64,000 nt of DNA, from contig HG000341.1 of the NCBI GenBank assembly GCA_000436975.1, positions 1,535 to 65,534 of the forward strand, given 5' to 3'. Numbering within the stretch: the first letter of the stretch is position 1; every line of letters begins with the position of its first letter. Of this stretch, positions 1 to 9,714 are shown piece after piece. Origin of the DNA: Clostridium sp. CAG:1000. GTDB taxonomy: Bacteria > Bacillota_I > Bacilli_A > RF39 > UBA660. Made by a program: the position numbers and the translations under genes. The notes under the pieces are model-generated. The model had not been told where the DNA came from and made no database searches. It saw nothing but the letters and a program-made list of their open reading frames with translations.

Positions 1-413
1 AAAATAATTATAAAACATTAAATGAAAAAGTATCTGAAATAGATGTAAAATTATATGACATTGGTAAAAATGGTAATTATAACACTATACTTGCTACTAG
101 TGATGTATTTAATTATTTAACTAAATATAATATTAATGTTATATCAATAGATAAAAATACTGAATCAATAGATAAATCTTATGCAAAAGCAACTAGTCTT
201 ATCAAATCAAAAAAGATTGAATATATATATGTTCTTGAAAATGAAAAGCTAACTGAGGAACAAGAAAAATTCATTTCATCTAACTCATTAACTAAAGTTA
301 CTATTAATGATATGTATACATTAACTGATGAGGAAAGAAAAGAAGAAAAAGATTATATTACACTTATGGATGAAATAATTGATAATTACAAAAAAGAATT
401 ATATAAAAAATAA
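1..413 (+). CDS. C-terminal fragment of a possible metal ABC-transporter substrate-binding protein (ZnuA/TroA-like); 5' end lies outside the window
   Basis: The frame is open from the window edge (phase of nt 3) to TAA at 411-413. The tail ...KIEYIYVLENE...DYITLMDEIIDNYKKELYKK resembles the C-terminal lobe of cluster-9 binding proteins. The assignment is weak. Confidence 0.4.
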   Translation, partial: NNYKTLNEKVSEIDVKLYDIGKNGNYNTILATSDVFNYLTKYNINVISIDKNTESIDKSYAKATSLIKSKKIEYIYVLENEKLTEEQEKFISSNSLTKVTINDMYTLTDEERKEEKDYITLMDEIIDNYKKELYKK

Positions 414-473
414 TTCTTTTTATTTACAAATTATTTTTTAATGCTATAATATAAATCAAATGAGGGGACGCAT

Positions 474-773
474 ATGAACACCAGTAATATTTATAATGGT
501 AGATTAGTCGAAATAACTGATATCGAAAGATATGTATTAAATGGAGAAGAAATTTTTAATTATAAGCTATCTTTAATCAAATGGGGACTATTTTATAAGG
601 TCGGAAGTAGTTATATAGATTTAGAAACATTTAAATCATATAAGCTAACTAGTAAAAATAAATTTCATTATCTTTATGAAAGAAGTATAGATCCTAGAAG
701 TTTATCTTTCATAAACGAAAACAAAAAACATATTAGTTATAGACAAATTAAAAAGATATTAAAACAAAATTAA
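474..773 (+). CDS. hypothetical protein (99 aa)
   Basis: ATG ORF preceded by a GAGGGGA Shine-Dalgarno. No recognisable motif. Confidence 0.45.
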   Translation: MNTSNIYNGRLVEITDIERYVLNGEEIFNYKLSLIKWGLFYKVGSSYIDLETFKSYKLTSKNKFHYLYERSIDPRSLSFINENKKHISYRQIKKILKQN

Positions 774-781
774 TATCTTTT

Positions 782-1792
782 TTAATAATCAAATAAACTT
801 TGCTGATTATTTATTTTAAACTCTTTATATGTTTTCTCAGTTATTATTCTTCCCCTAGAAGTTCTCTTAACATAACCTTCTTGCAATAAGAAAGGCTCTA
901 TAACATCCTCTATGGTAGTGGCCTCTTCACCAATAGATGATGCGATTGACTCTATACCAACAGGACCCCCATTAAATTTATTTATAATACTCATTAAGTA
1001 TTCAATATCAGTACTATCAAGACCTGATTCATCTATTTTAAGCCTTTTAAGTGATGTTTTAACTATATCAAGACTAATAACACCATCACCATTAACTAGT
1101 GCGAAATCACTAACTCTTTTTAATAATCTATTAGCTATTCTAGGTGTTTTTCTACTTCTTTTTGCTATTTCATAAGCAGCATCATCTTCAATTTCAAGAT
1201 TAAGTACCCTTGCAGACCTTTTAACTATTTGACTTAACTCTTCATTAGTATAAAACTCTAATTTTGATATAATACCAAATCTATCTCTTAAAGGAGCTGT
1301 TAAATCTCCTGCTCTAGTAGTCGCACCTACTAAAGTAAATGGTGGTAAATCTATTTTAATATTTCTACTTTGTCCTTCTCCACCAATAATTATATCAAGT
1401 TTAAAGTCTTCCATCGCACTATATAATATTTCTTCTATATATCTAGGAATCCTATGTATTTCATCTATAAATAAAACATCATTAGGCTCAAGCGTAGAAA
1501 GTATTGCTGCTAAATCCCCACTCTTTTCTATAGTAGGACCACTTGCTGTTTTAATATTACTTCCAAGTTCATTTGCAATAATATGAGCAAGTGTCGTTTT
1601 ACCAAGACCAGGTGGGCCATATAAAAGAACATGATCAAGATTAGTACCTCTCATTCTAGCCGCCGATACAAAAACTTTAATGTTTTCTTTAACATCAGTT
1701 TGACCAACATATTCATCAAATGAATCTGGTCTTATAGTTTTTTCAAAAGTATCAGCTTCTAATTCATGATTTGTAACTATTCTTTCGTCCAT
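782..1792 (-). CDS. ruvB: Holliday junction branch-migration helicase RuvB
   Basis: Walker A motif [11 protein letters not shown], sensor motifs and full-length RuvB architecture. It lies in a ruvA...ruvB arrangement. Confidence 0.97.
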   Translation of the reverse strand: MDERIVTNHELEADTFEKTIRPDSFDEYVGQTDVKENIKVFVSAARMRGTNLDHVLLYGPPGLGKTTLAHIIANELGSNIKTASGPTIEKSGDLAAILSTLEPNDVLFIDEIHRIPRYIEEILYSAMEDFKLDIIIGGEGQSRNIKIDLPPFTLVGATTRAGDLTAPLRDRFGIISKLEFYTNEELSQIVKRSARVLNLEIEDDAAYEIAKRSRKTPRIANRLLKRVSDFALVNGDGVISLDIVKTSLKRLKIDESGLDSTDIEYLMSIINKFNGGPVGIESIASSIGEEATTIEDVIEPFLLQEGYVKRTSRGRIITEKTYKEFKINNQQSLFDY

Positions 1793-2361
1793 TTATAATT
1801 CTCCTTTACATATTTATATATATCAGACCAATTATCAAATCTAGTGAATCTCTTTTCATCATGATTATATGCATTTGTAAATAATATTACATCTATTCCA
1901 GCTTCACTTACTTCTTCACAGTGATCTTCTTTATCATCAATAAATAAGTTTACTTTAGATTCCATACATTCATCCACTTTAGAGCCAGTATCAACATATA
2001 TCTTATCAAATTTAACGCCCTCTTTTTTTAACCAATCTTCAGTTAATTTATATGGATCAGTTAAATATTTAGCTTTTCTAAATGTAATTATAATTATTTT
2101 ACATCCCTCATCATGAAGTTTATTAATAACCTCACGAGCATCTGGTTTAATAGTTGCACTACTCATAATGAATTCTAATTTATCTTTAAAGAATTGTCCC
2201 TTCATCTCAGGATTCCATCCTAACATATCAGTAAATTCATATGCCTCTACATCTTTAACACCAGTACCTCCTAGTACCTCTTTATCATACTTATCTGCTA
2301 CTTCTATTATTAGTTCATTAGTAGAACAAATAGTATCATCCATATCAATTCCTATTACCAT
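1777..2361 (-). CDS. HAD-superfamily 5'(3')-nucleotidase-like hydrolase
   Basis: N-terminal DxDxT motif (IGIDMDDTI) and late FIDDKEDH motif. Overlaps ruvB by 16 nt. Confidence 0.6.
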   Translation of the reverse strand: MVIGIDMDDTICSTNELIIEVADKYDKEVLGGTGVKDVEAYEFTDMLGWNPEMKGQFFKDKLEFIMSSATIKPDAREVINKLHDEGCKIIIITFRKAKYLTDPYKLTEDWLKKEGVKFDKIYVDTGSKVDECMESKVNLFIDDKEDHCEEVSEAGIDVILFTNAYNHDEKRFTRFDNWSDIYKYVKENYKWTKE

Positions 2362-2368
2362 AATAACC

Positions 2369-2920
2369 TCACTTCAACAATAATTTTAATGCCTCTTTAA
2401 TTTGGGCCTCTATTCCTTGAGTCTTATCTACTTTAACAACAACACCCTTTATATCACTGGCCTTATATCCTAAAGATTCTAATGCAAGAACTAATTCATC
2501 ACTATTATCAACTGATGCATTCTCACTCATAACAAGTTTTCCTTTTAAATCAAGAATTATTTGTCTAGCTACCTTTTCACCAATCTTAGGAAATTTTTTA
2601 AGATAAAGTATATTCTCTCTATCTATTGCATCTATAATTCCATTAATAGAACCAGTTGCTAGTATTGGCATAGCCATTTTAGGGCCAAGTCCTTTAACAT
2701 TAATAAGTTTTAAAAATAAATCACGTTCATCTTCACTACTAAAACCATATAGAGCATTTTCATCTTCTCTTACATGATTGTATACATAAAGTTTGGACAT
2801 TTGTCCTTCCTTAAACTTATATGGATTAGGTGTATATATTTTATATCCAACGCCATTACAATCAACAACTACATAGTTTAGTACTGTCTTACTAACAATA
2901 CCATTTATATAATCAAACAT
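2369..2920 (-). CDS. ruvA: Holliday junction DNA-binding protein RuvA
   Basis: MFDYINGIV... OB fold, HhH motifs (GLGPKMA, KIGEKVA) and a C-terminal domain III. Confidence 0.95.
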   Translation of the reverse strand: MFDYINGIVSKTVLNYVVVDCNGVGYKIYTPNPYKFKEGQMSKLYVYNHVREDENALYGFSSEDERDLFLKLINVKGLGPKMAMPILATGSINGIIDAIDRENILYLKKFPKIGEKVARQIILDLKGKLVMSENASVDNSDELVLALESLGYKASDIKGVVVKVDKTQGIEAQIKEALKLLLK

Positions 2921-2944
2921 AATATTACCTCACTTAAAATTATA

Positions 2945-3553
2945 TCATAGATTTATTAATTCTTTATATTTTTTTGTTATCCTAAACATTGTATTTTCAA
3001 CAAACTTTTTATCTTTATCTATAAGACTAGATATTTCAGCATTTTTTAATCCTTTGAGTTTAAGTTCAAGAATATTACATTCCATCTTACTCAGTCTTTT
3101 CTTAAGTCTATTTACCATATCTTTTTGTTCTTCTTCATCTATAAGCAACTTATTTGGTTCCTGAGACATATCTTTAAATACTTCATAATAATTATTAGTT
3201 GATTCATTAAATAATTTATCTAATGAATAAGAATTATTAAGTATTCTATTTTTTTGTCTAAATGTTAATCTTATAGCTGATATAATGCTTTTTCTTATGC
3301 AAGTACATGCATATGTATAAAATAGTACTTCTTTATTTTTATCAAATGTCTCTATTGCATGTAAAAGCCCAATTAAACCCTCTTGATAAAGATCAGATAT
3401 TTCTATTCCAATAATGTTATACTCTTTTAAATATTCTTTTAAAATAGTTATAATACAACTTTTATATTTATTAATTATTAAATTAATTGCATCTTCATTA
3501 TTTTCATTGCATAAATAAATAAGTTCGTTATCATTTAATTCTCTATAGTCCAT
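2945..3553 (-). CDS. sigH: RNA polymerase sigma factor, SigH-like (sigma-70 family)
   Basis: Region 2 (DLYQEGLIGLLHAIETFD), a SigH-typical RQKNRILNNSYSLD segment, and a region 4 HTH. It lies directly downstream of rlmB, as in the Bacillus yacO-sigH order. Confidence 0.7.
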   Translation of the reverse strand: MDYRELNDNELIYLCNENNEDAINLIINKYKSCIITILKEYLKEYNIIGIEISDLYQEGLIGLLHAIETFDKNKEVLFYTYACTCIRKSIISAIRLTFRQKNRILNNSYSLDKLFNESTNNYYEVFKDMSQEPNKLLIDEEEQKDMVNRLKKRLSKMECNILELKLKGLKNAEISSLIDKDKKFVENTMFRITKKYKELINL

Positions 3554-3560
3554 AATACAC

Positions 3561-4259
3561 CTATTTATATTTAACTATTTCATATATTAATATACCACTT
3601 GCGACAGATGCGTTTAATGAGTTAACTTTACCCCTCATAGGTATAGATACAATTTCATCACAACTATCAGATACTATTTGTTTAAGCCCATGTCCTTCGT
3701 TACCTATTATTAAACATGTTTTGCCACTATAATCTATAGTTCTATAGTCTTTACCTTTCATATCAGCGCCATATACCCAGTAATTCAAACTTTTAAGTTT
3801 AGCAATTGCATTTCTAAGATTAACTACTTCACATATTTTAATATTTGATATCGCACCACTAGATGTTTTATAAACTGTGCTATTAACAGTAACACTTCTT
3901 TTTTTAGGTATTATTATATAGTTAACATGAGCAGACTCACACGTCCTTATAATCGCACCAAAGTTATGTGGATCTTCTATTCTATCTAGCATCACTATAA
4001 AGTTAGAATTCGGATCATTTACTATATCATCAAGAGTATAATATTTAAATTCCTCTATATCAAGTGCAATACCTTGATTAGTAGAACTTTGACACATCTT
4101 ATCAAGCTTATTTTTATCTATATGAAACTTCTTAAGATTCTTTTTATCTATTAATGATAACATCTCTTCATCTTTATAATTTTTATCAAGAAATACTTTA
4201 TTTATTTTATAATTACCTTTGAGTATTTCTACCGCTACATTTTTACCATATACTAGCAT
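3561..4259 (-). CDS. rlmB: 23S rRNA (guanosine-2'-O)-methyltransferase RlmB / TrmH family
   Basis: SpoU/TrmH motifs (NFGAIIRT, IGNEGHGL, SLNASVASGILIYE). Confidence 0.85.
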   Translation of the reverse strand: MLVYGKNVAVEILKGNYKINKVFLDKNYKDEEMLSLIDKKNLKKFHIDKNKLDKMCQSSTNQGIALDIEEFKYYTLDDIVNDPNSNFIVMLDRIEDPHNFGAIIRTCESAHVNYIIIPKKRSVTVNSTVYKTSSGAISNIKICEVVNLRNAIAKLKSLNYWVYGADMKGKDYRTIDYSGKTCLIIGNEGHGLKQIVSDSCDEIVSIPMRGKVNSLNASVASGILIYEIVKYK

Positions 4260-4267
4260 AAACCCTC

Positions 4268-5155
4268 CTAATGCTTACTAACATACTTTTTAGCACTCAA
4301 TGCTGCAATTGCCCCATCACTACAAGCAGTTATTATTTGATATACATTTTTTTTAATAATATCTCCGCATGCATAAATACCATCTATGTTTGTTCTCATA
4401 TTGTTATCTACTTCAATATATCCTTTATCATCTGTTATATTTAAATTACTTATAAATGATGTTTCTGCACTATATCCATAATAAATAAACACACCAGAAC
4501 AATTAATAACATTTCCATTGTCTAATAAAACTCCTGATATTTTATCATTACCGATAAATTCGCTCACTGACACGCCTGTCATTATATTAATATTTTTATT
4601 TTTAGCTTCACATATAAGCTCATCATCAGCAGATATTTCATTCTTAACTATGATTGTTATTTTGCTTGCAAAGTCACTTAAATAAATTGCTTCTTCAAAG
4701 GCAGAGTTACCTCCTCCTAAAACAACTAATTCTTTATCCTTATATAAAGCTGCATCACATATAGCGCAATAACTAATTCCTTTATTTTTATATTTTTCTT
4801 CATTAACTATACTACTACTTTTAGGTTTTCTTCCTATTGCAAATATAATTGTTTTAGTTTTATATTCTCCTTTGGTTGTATATATAGTTTTATAATCATT
4901 ATTATTTTTAACACTTGTTACAGTTTCTATTTTATATGGAATTTCTTCACTCCTTACATGTTCAAACATCTTAAGTGCAAGATCTATTCCACTAATAGAA
5001 CCAACTCCCAGATAGTTTTCAACTATAGATATTTTATTTAATAAACCACCAGGGGCACTACTATCTATTATGAGTGTATTCATACCACTTCTCTTAGCAT
5101 ATAAAGCAGCACTCATCCCAGCAGGTCCCATTCCTACTATTATGCAATCGTACAT
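4268..5155 (-). CDS. trxB: thioredoxin-disulfide reductase
   Basis: FAD motif GMGPAGMSAA, redox CAICD, NADPH motif GGGNSAFEEA. Confidence 0.88.
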   Translation of the reverse strand: MYDCIIVGMGPAGMSAALYAKRSGMNTLIIDSSAPGGLLNKISIVENYLGVGSISGIDLALKMFEHVRSEEIPYKIETVTSVKNNNDYKTIYTTKGEYKTKTIIFAIGRKPKSSSIVNEEKYKNKGISYCAICDAALYKDKELVVLGGGNSAFEEAIYLSDFASKITIIVKNEISADDELICEAKNKNINIMTGVSVSEFIGNDKISGVLLDNGNVINCSGVFIYYGYSAETSFISNLNITDDKGYIEVDNNMRTNIDGIYACGDIIKKNVYQIITACSDGAIAALSAKKYVSKH

Positions 5156-5164
5156 ATTATCTCC

Positions 5165-5980
5165 TTAAAATCTAATTTCTTCTTTTAATCCAGTATTATA
5201 TAAATTATCTAACTTAGGTTTCTTATTTTGAATAACAGTTATAATAATACCAGTAATAAACATAATCACACTCATTACACATGCTATTTTAATACTTCCA
5301 AGCATTAAACTATCAGTTCTAAATATTTCAATAAAGAATCTAGCAAAACCATACCATATTAAATAAAATGAAAGTATTTGGCCATCTTTAATGTATCTCA
5401 TTCTTCTTATTATTAAAGAAATAATAAAACCTAAAAAACACCACAAAGATTCAAAATAAAACATAGGTAAATGATAAGCACCATTTATATACATATTATC
5501 TATTATAAATTGAGGTATTATTTTTAAATTAACAAGTGTCTTATATTCAACTGATATACCATATGCTTCACTGTTAAAAAAGTTTCCCCATCTTCCAATT
5601 GCTTGCGATAATAATAATGCAACTACTATTATATCAAGTACTTTAAGAGAATTAACTTTATATTTTTTACAATATAAAAGTATGGTTATAAGTCCAGCAA
5701 TAGTACCGCCAGTTATAGCAAGCCCACCATTCCATATTTTAAATATTTCAGCTACATTATGAGAATAATAAGATAAATTAAACAATACATAATAAAGTCT
5801 AGCACCAATAATACCAAATATTAAAGTCCAAAAAAGCAGATTAAAAGTAAATTCCTTTTTAATATTAAGTCTTTCCCCTTCTCTAATAATCATTGAATAC
5901 GATATAAGTACAGAAATTGTTATTAAAACGCTATACCATCTAACCTCAAAAGAACCCACTGTAAAAATAATAGGAGACAT
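5165..5980 (-). CDS. lgt: prolipoprotein diacylglyceryl transferase
   Basis: Polytopic membrane protein with the Lgt signature GRWGNFFNSEAYG. Confidence 0.9.
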   Translation of the reverse strand: MSPIIFTVGSFEVRWYSVLITISVLISYSMIIREGERLNIKKEFTFNLLFWTLIFGIIGARLYYVLFNLSYYSHNVAEIFKIWNGGLAITGGTIAGLITILLYCKKYKVNSLKVLDIIVVALLLSQAIGRWGNFFNSEAYGISVEYKTLVNLKIIPQFIIDNMYINGAYHLPMFYFESLWCFLGFIISLIIRRMRYIKDGQILSFYLIWYGFARFFIEIFRTDSLMLGSIKIACVMSVIMFITGIIITVIQNKKPKLDNLYNTGLKEEIRF

Positions 5981-5981
5981 A

Positions 5982-6395
5982 TTACTTTCCTCCTATATTT
6001 TTAGTAATAAAACTATCTAAAAACATTTTCATACCACTTATAAATATTGCTATTATAAATGTAGAAAAGAATCCGCTTATTTCAAATGAACTACCCATTA
6101 AAATATCACATATCTTTAATATGATCATATTAACAATAGGATAAGCAATTCCAAACGTTACTACACTAAGTGGTAAAGTCCAATATATTAATATAGGCTT
6201 AATAGTATAATTTAAAGCACTTAATATTAATGCTGCTATTAATGCATATAAAAAGTTCTCTACATAAATATTTTTAAATAAAGAATTCGCAAGCATTAAA
6301 ACAATCGCATACACAACAAGGCTTACTATAAAAGTTGTTGTATCACTTTTAGGATTCATATTTTTATCAATCTTATATAATTTTCCTTTACTCAT
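5982..6395 (-). CDS. phage-holin-4_2 / DUF360 (YvlD-like) membrane protein
   Basis: Four transmembrane segments with an IKPILIYWTLPLSVVTFG core typical of the YvlD family. Confidence 0.65.
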   Translation of the reverse strand: MSKGKLYKIDKNMNPKSDTTTFIVSLVVYAIVLMLANSLFKNIYVENFLYALIAALILSALNYTIKPILIYWTLPLSVVTFGIAYPIVNMIILKICDILMGSSFEISGFFSTFIIAIFISGMKMFLDSFITKNIGGK

Positions 6396-6456
6396 TTTTC
6401 ATCACCATTATAATTATAATATAATTTCAAAAAAAATAAAAGACAATATATTTATA

Positions 6457-7626
6457 TTACATTGTCATTTCATTTTTTCTCTCTACCATCATATCAAACA
6501 ATGAAGCATATTTACTTTGAAGTTCTCCCATAATGTCACTTATTTTTCTACCCCTGTCTTCTACTTTTATAAATCCATCATGTTCTTTAATAAAAGTTTT
6601 ACCATCATGAACCATTTTATCAATCATACCATCAATTTTATTCATTATGTCAAAATACGTAATTTTACTTGTTTTATCTGAACCAATCAAATCATTACCA
6701 TGTTTACTCTTAAACTCTTCATAGTTTTTATCTATATTGTATACACTTAGTAGATTTAATAACTCTTTACCATCAACACCTACACTAGATAATAAATTTT
6801 TATATTGCCTAATCTTATAATCAAGAAAATCTCTATATTTAAAAGCAGTTTGACTCTTAAACGCTACACTTTCTTCATTATAAAACATAGTATCACTAAG
6901 TTCTCGTATAATACCATTAAGTTTATCTTTAAAACCATTCGTATCAATAATATATTCTTTTTCACTAACAAATGATTTAGAATATATTTCATCCTCAATA
7001 CTTTCTATTTCCCCTAACGCATTTATACCATCAAAGCCAAGAACAGATTCAACTATTTTTTCTCTTTCGCTACATAAGTCAAATACTCTTTTTCTCTTTT
7101 CTAAAGTAGAACCATTTCTATATAAATCTGTTTTAGCATCCTTAATTTCATTTAGCATAGCAATAATACTTAAAACATCACCATCACTATATTTCATTTT
7201 AGTAGTTTTATTATTTACAGAGTCTTTACTTTTATCATATTTATCAGTATAACTTTTAATAGAACTAATAAGTTCACAAAGAACATTATATTTAAAAGTC
7301 AACCTATCAGATTCAGTCTTATATTTAATTTTATCCTCACGTGTAGTACTAGTTTTAAATAAATTAACCATCTCATTTTGTCTAGTTACTATAGATGTAA
7401 TATTAGACTTTAAAAGTGTAATAATACTTTTTAATCCATCTATATTACTTACTTTATTAATCATGTCATAAACACGCTTAAATTCATTATATTTAACTAT
7501 ATTATTTTTACTTTCAACACCATCTACAGTATTATTTTTTTTATGAGACTCATACAAAAAATAACAATCATTTATTGTTTTAATTAATTCATTAAGTAAA
7601 CCATTTATTATTTCCTTCTCACTCAT
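6457..7626 (-). CDS. hypothetical protein (389 aa), lineage-specific
   Basis: Long ATG ORF immediately downstream of the pilin-signal surface protein gene. No recognisable motif. Confidence 0.5.
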   Translation of the reverse strand: MSEKEIINGLLNELIKTINDCYFLYESHKKNNTVDGVESKNNIVKYNEFKRVYDMINKVSNIDGLKSIITLLKSNITSIVTRQNEMVNLFKTSTTREDKIKYKTESDRLTFKYNVLCELISSIKSYTDKYDKSKDSVNNKTTKMKYSDGDVLSIIAMLNEIKDAKTDLYRNGSTLEKRKRVFDLCSEREKIVESVLGFDGINALGEIESIEDEIYSKSFVSEKEYIIDTNGFKDKLNGIIRELSDTMFYNEESVAFKSQTAFKYRDFLDYKIRQYKNLLSSVGVDGKELLNLLSVYNIDKNYEEFKSKHGNDLIGSDKTSKITYFDIMNKIDGMIDKMVHDGKTFIKEHDGFIKVEDRGRKISDIMGELQSKYASLFDMMVERKNEMTM

Positions 7627-7729
7627 ATTATCACAATACTATAATAACATAATAGCGATGTTTTTACAATCAAAAAAGTTGCTTAAATTATTAGGCAACT
7701 CTTTTTATTAATTCACTTCATATAATTAA

Positions 7730-9268
7730 TTATTTAACTACAAATGTAAGACCAGAAGGTTTACCAGAACTATTATTGAATTTATTAGCATCATTTTGTG
7801 TCCTAGCGTATCCAGTTGTTGCTTTGCTATTGCCGAACATAGCATCCATATAAATTACATTTGATGTATCAAAACTACTTAAATCCAATGTCGTTGCTGC
7901 GCTATCAAAAAACATATAGGACATATTGGTAACATTCGAAGTATCAAAGCTACTTAAATCTAGTGTTGTTGCTTCACTTTTGTCGAACATACCGCACATA
8001 TCAGTTACTTTTGAAGTATCAAAATTATTTAAGCCTAATATTTTAGTAATTTTACTATATAAAAACATTTCACTCATATCAGTTACATTTGAAGTATCAA
8101 AATTACTTAAATCCAAAGTTGGAACTTGAACTCCCCAAAATGCTCCGGACATATTAGTTACTTTTGTTGTATTAAAATTTTTTAAATTTAATTGTTTGAT
8201 TTTACTAAAAGAAAACATATTACTCATGTCGGTCAAATTATTAGTACTAAAGTTTTCTAAGCCTTTCACTTCAGTTGCAGCACTTCTGTCGAACATATAA
8301 TCCATTCTAGTTACTTTTGAAGTATCAAAGCTACTTAAGTCTAGCGAAACAGCCCCACATCCGTCAAACATATTGCTCATATTAGTCACATTTGACGTAT
8401 TAAACTTATTGAAACCTTTTATTTCTGGTGTAGTACAATCTCGAAACATATAACCCATTGTAGTTACTTTTGATGTATCAAAATCACTTAAGTCTAATGT
8501 AGACATTTGCCCCCCTTGAAACATAGCACTCATATCAGTTACTTTTGATGTATCAATTGAATTATTAAAGTCTATTTTTTGTAAGTTTCCCAAATACTTA
8601 CCAGTACTGCTGTCCAAACGTGCAAATTGAAACAAACATCTAGAATTTTCAGGAAATGCAATGATTCCATCAGCAACAATTGATATATCATATAGATTAT
8701 TGCTATTTTGCTTAATATACATTAATACGCTTTTATCTTGCTTTTCAGATACATCATAACTATCAGAATCAGCAATTACTCTCCCATCACTATAGAATGT
8801 TATTGAGTTTACAAGTGTTCTATCAGTATTACCAGATATTGAGTAGAATCTTTTACTAAGCGTGCCAACAGGCTTATAAAGATCACTACGAGAACATTTA
8901 TCACTTATATCACTTGTTTTTAAATTTGTATAGTCGCCAGTAGTTACTACACAATAAGTTCCATCTGATACTATCATACTTTTGATTTTACCATTAGAGT
9001 CTAACTTGAATTCATATTCAATATTTCTTCCTGATAAATCAAGTGAGTTTTGTTTATTACTTATAGTAGTTAGTTTATTACCTTTCATGCTTTCTGTTAT
9101 ATACTTAGATGATACATCTTTTGCTAGTGTTTTAGCTTCTGTTAAGAAACTATTCTTTTTTGCGTTATTATACATTTTTAATACATTTGGAAGTGCTATT
9201 ATTACTAATATTGCTAAAATTGCTATTACTGCTAGTAATTCTACTAATGTAAATCCTTTTTTCTTCAT
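7730..9268 (-). CDS. prepilin-type signal (class III) protein with a C-terminal DUF285/BspA-like 26-residue repeat array
   Basis: MKKKGFTLVELLAVIAILAILV has the G|FTLVE cleavage/methylation motif with Glu+5. About ten FDTSxVTxMxxMF repeats follow. An AAGGAG SD lies before the ATG at 9268; the ORF-track start at 9322 lies in the promoter region. Confidence 0.85.
   Translation of the reverse strand: MKKKGFTLVELLAVIAILAILVIIALPNVLKMYNNAKKNSFLTEAKTLAKDVSSKYITESMKGNKLTTISNKQNSLDLSGRNIEYEFKLDSNGKIKSMIVSDGTYCVVTTGDYTNLKTSDISDKCSRSDLYKPVGTLSKRFYSISGNTDRTLVNSITFYSDGRVIADSDSYDVSEKQDKSVLMYIKQNSNNLYDISIVADGIIAFPENSRCLFQFARLDSSTGKYLGNLQKIDFNNSIDTSKVTDMSAMFQGGQMSTLDLSDFDTSKVTTMGYMFRDCTTPEIKGFNKFNTSNVTNMSNMFDGCGAVSLDLSSFDTSKVTRMDYMFDRSAATEVKGLENFSTNNLTDMSNMFSFSKIKQLNLKNFNTTKVTNMSGAFWGVQVPTLDLSNFDTSNVTDMSEMFLYSKITKILGLNNFDTSKVTDMCGMFDKSEATTLDLSSFDTSNVTNMSYMFFDSAATTLDLSSFDTSNVIYMDAMFGNSKATTGYARTQNDANKFNNSSGKPSGLTFVVK
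7820..8567 (-). repeat. About ten tandem coding repeats of roughly 75-78 nt (DUF285-type leucine-rich surface repeat)
   Basis: Periodic ...(L)DLSxFDTSxVTxMxxMF... units are visible in both protein and DNA. Confidence 0.85.
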
Positions 9269-9300
9269 ATTTATCTTACTCCTTTTATTGTCATGATAAA

Positions 9301-9329
9301 ATTGTATCATTTTTTTTAACACTAGTCAA
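9301..9329 (-). promoter_or_regulatory. sigma-A-type promoter of the pilin-signal gene (TTGACT-17-TACAAT)
   Basis: Reverse strand has TTGACT (9329-9324), a 17-nt spacer containing an A8 run, and TACAAT (9306-9301). The same -35 and upstream 22-mer recur at 30461-30482. Confidence 0.7.
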
Positions 9330-9369
9330 TTTACAAATGATCGACAACCAACTAGGCTCAAAATTAATT

Positions 9370-9678
9370 TCACAAGAATGATGATTTCTTATACTTAAGA
9401 ATGACAATCATGATTAATAATGGTATATTTTTATCAGAAAAAGTTGTTCTTTGACTGTGTCCCTTAACTGAGGGCACGTCTGTCTCTTCTATGCTTCCGT
9501 CTTCATTATAAATAGTCATGGTTTTACCTGCTAGATTGTTATAAACATAATCTTTATCTATCTTATGCCAAGATATTGGCTTATTACCCTTAAATATTTT
9601 TGTGTCCAACTCTACTATTTTCATTCGATGTATGGTTCCTCCTATTATATATATATCAGTCATAAATAGGAATAACAC
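9370..9678 (-). CDS. hypothetical small protein with a C-terminal hydrophobic segment
   Basis: ORF only. The more likely start is MKIVELD at 9624, after an AGGAGG. Confidence 0.35.
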   Translation of the reverse strand: MLFLFMTDIYIIGGTIHRMKIVELDTKIFKGNKPISWHKIDKDYVYNNLAGKTMTIYNEDGSIEETDVPSVKGHSQRTTFSDKNIPLLIMIVILKYKKSSFL

Positions 9679-9714
9679 TTATTATTTTACAAAAAAATAA
9701 ACAAATCGCTTTGT

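Noticed and set aside
7820-8567. The periodic DNA repeats of about 78 bp could be a minisatellite or an array of regulatory elements.
   Set aside because: They are in frame and encode the conserved 26-residue DUF285/BspA-type protein repeat. They are therefore coding repeats within one gene.
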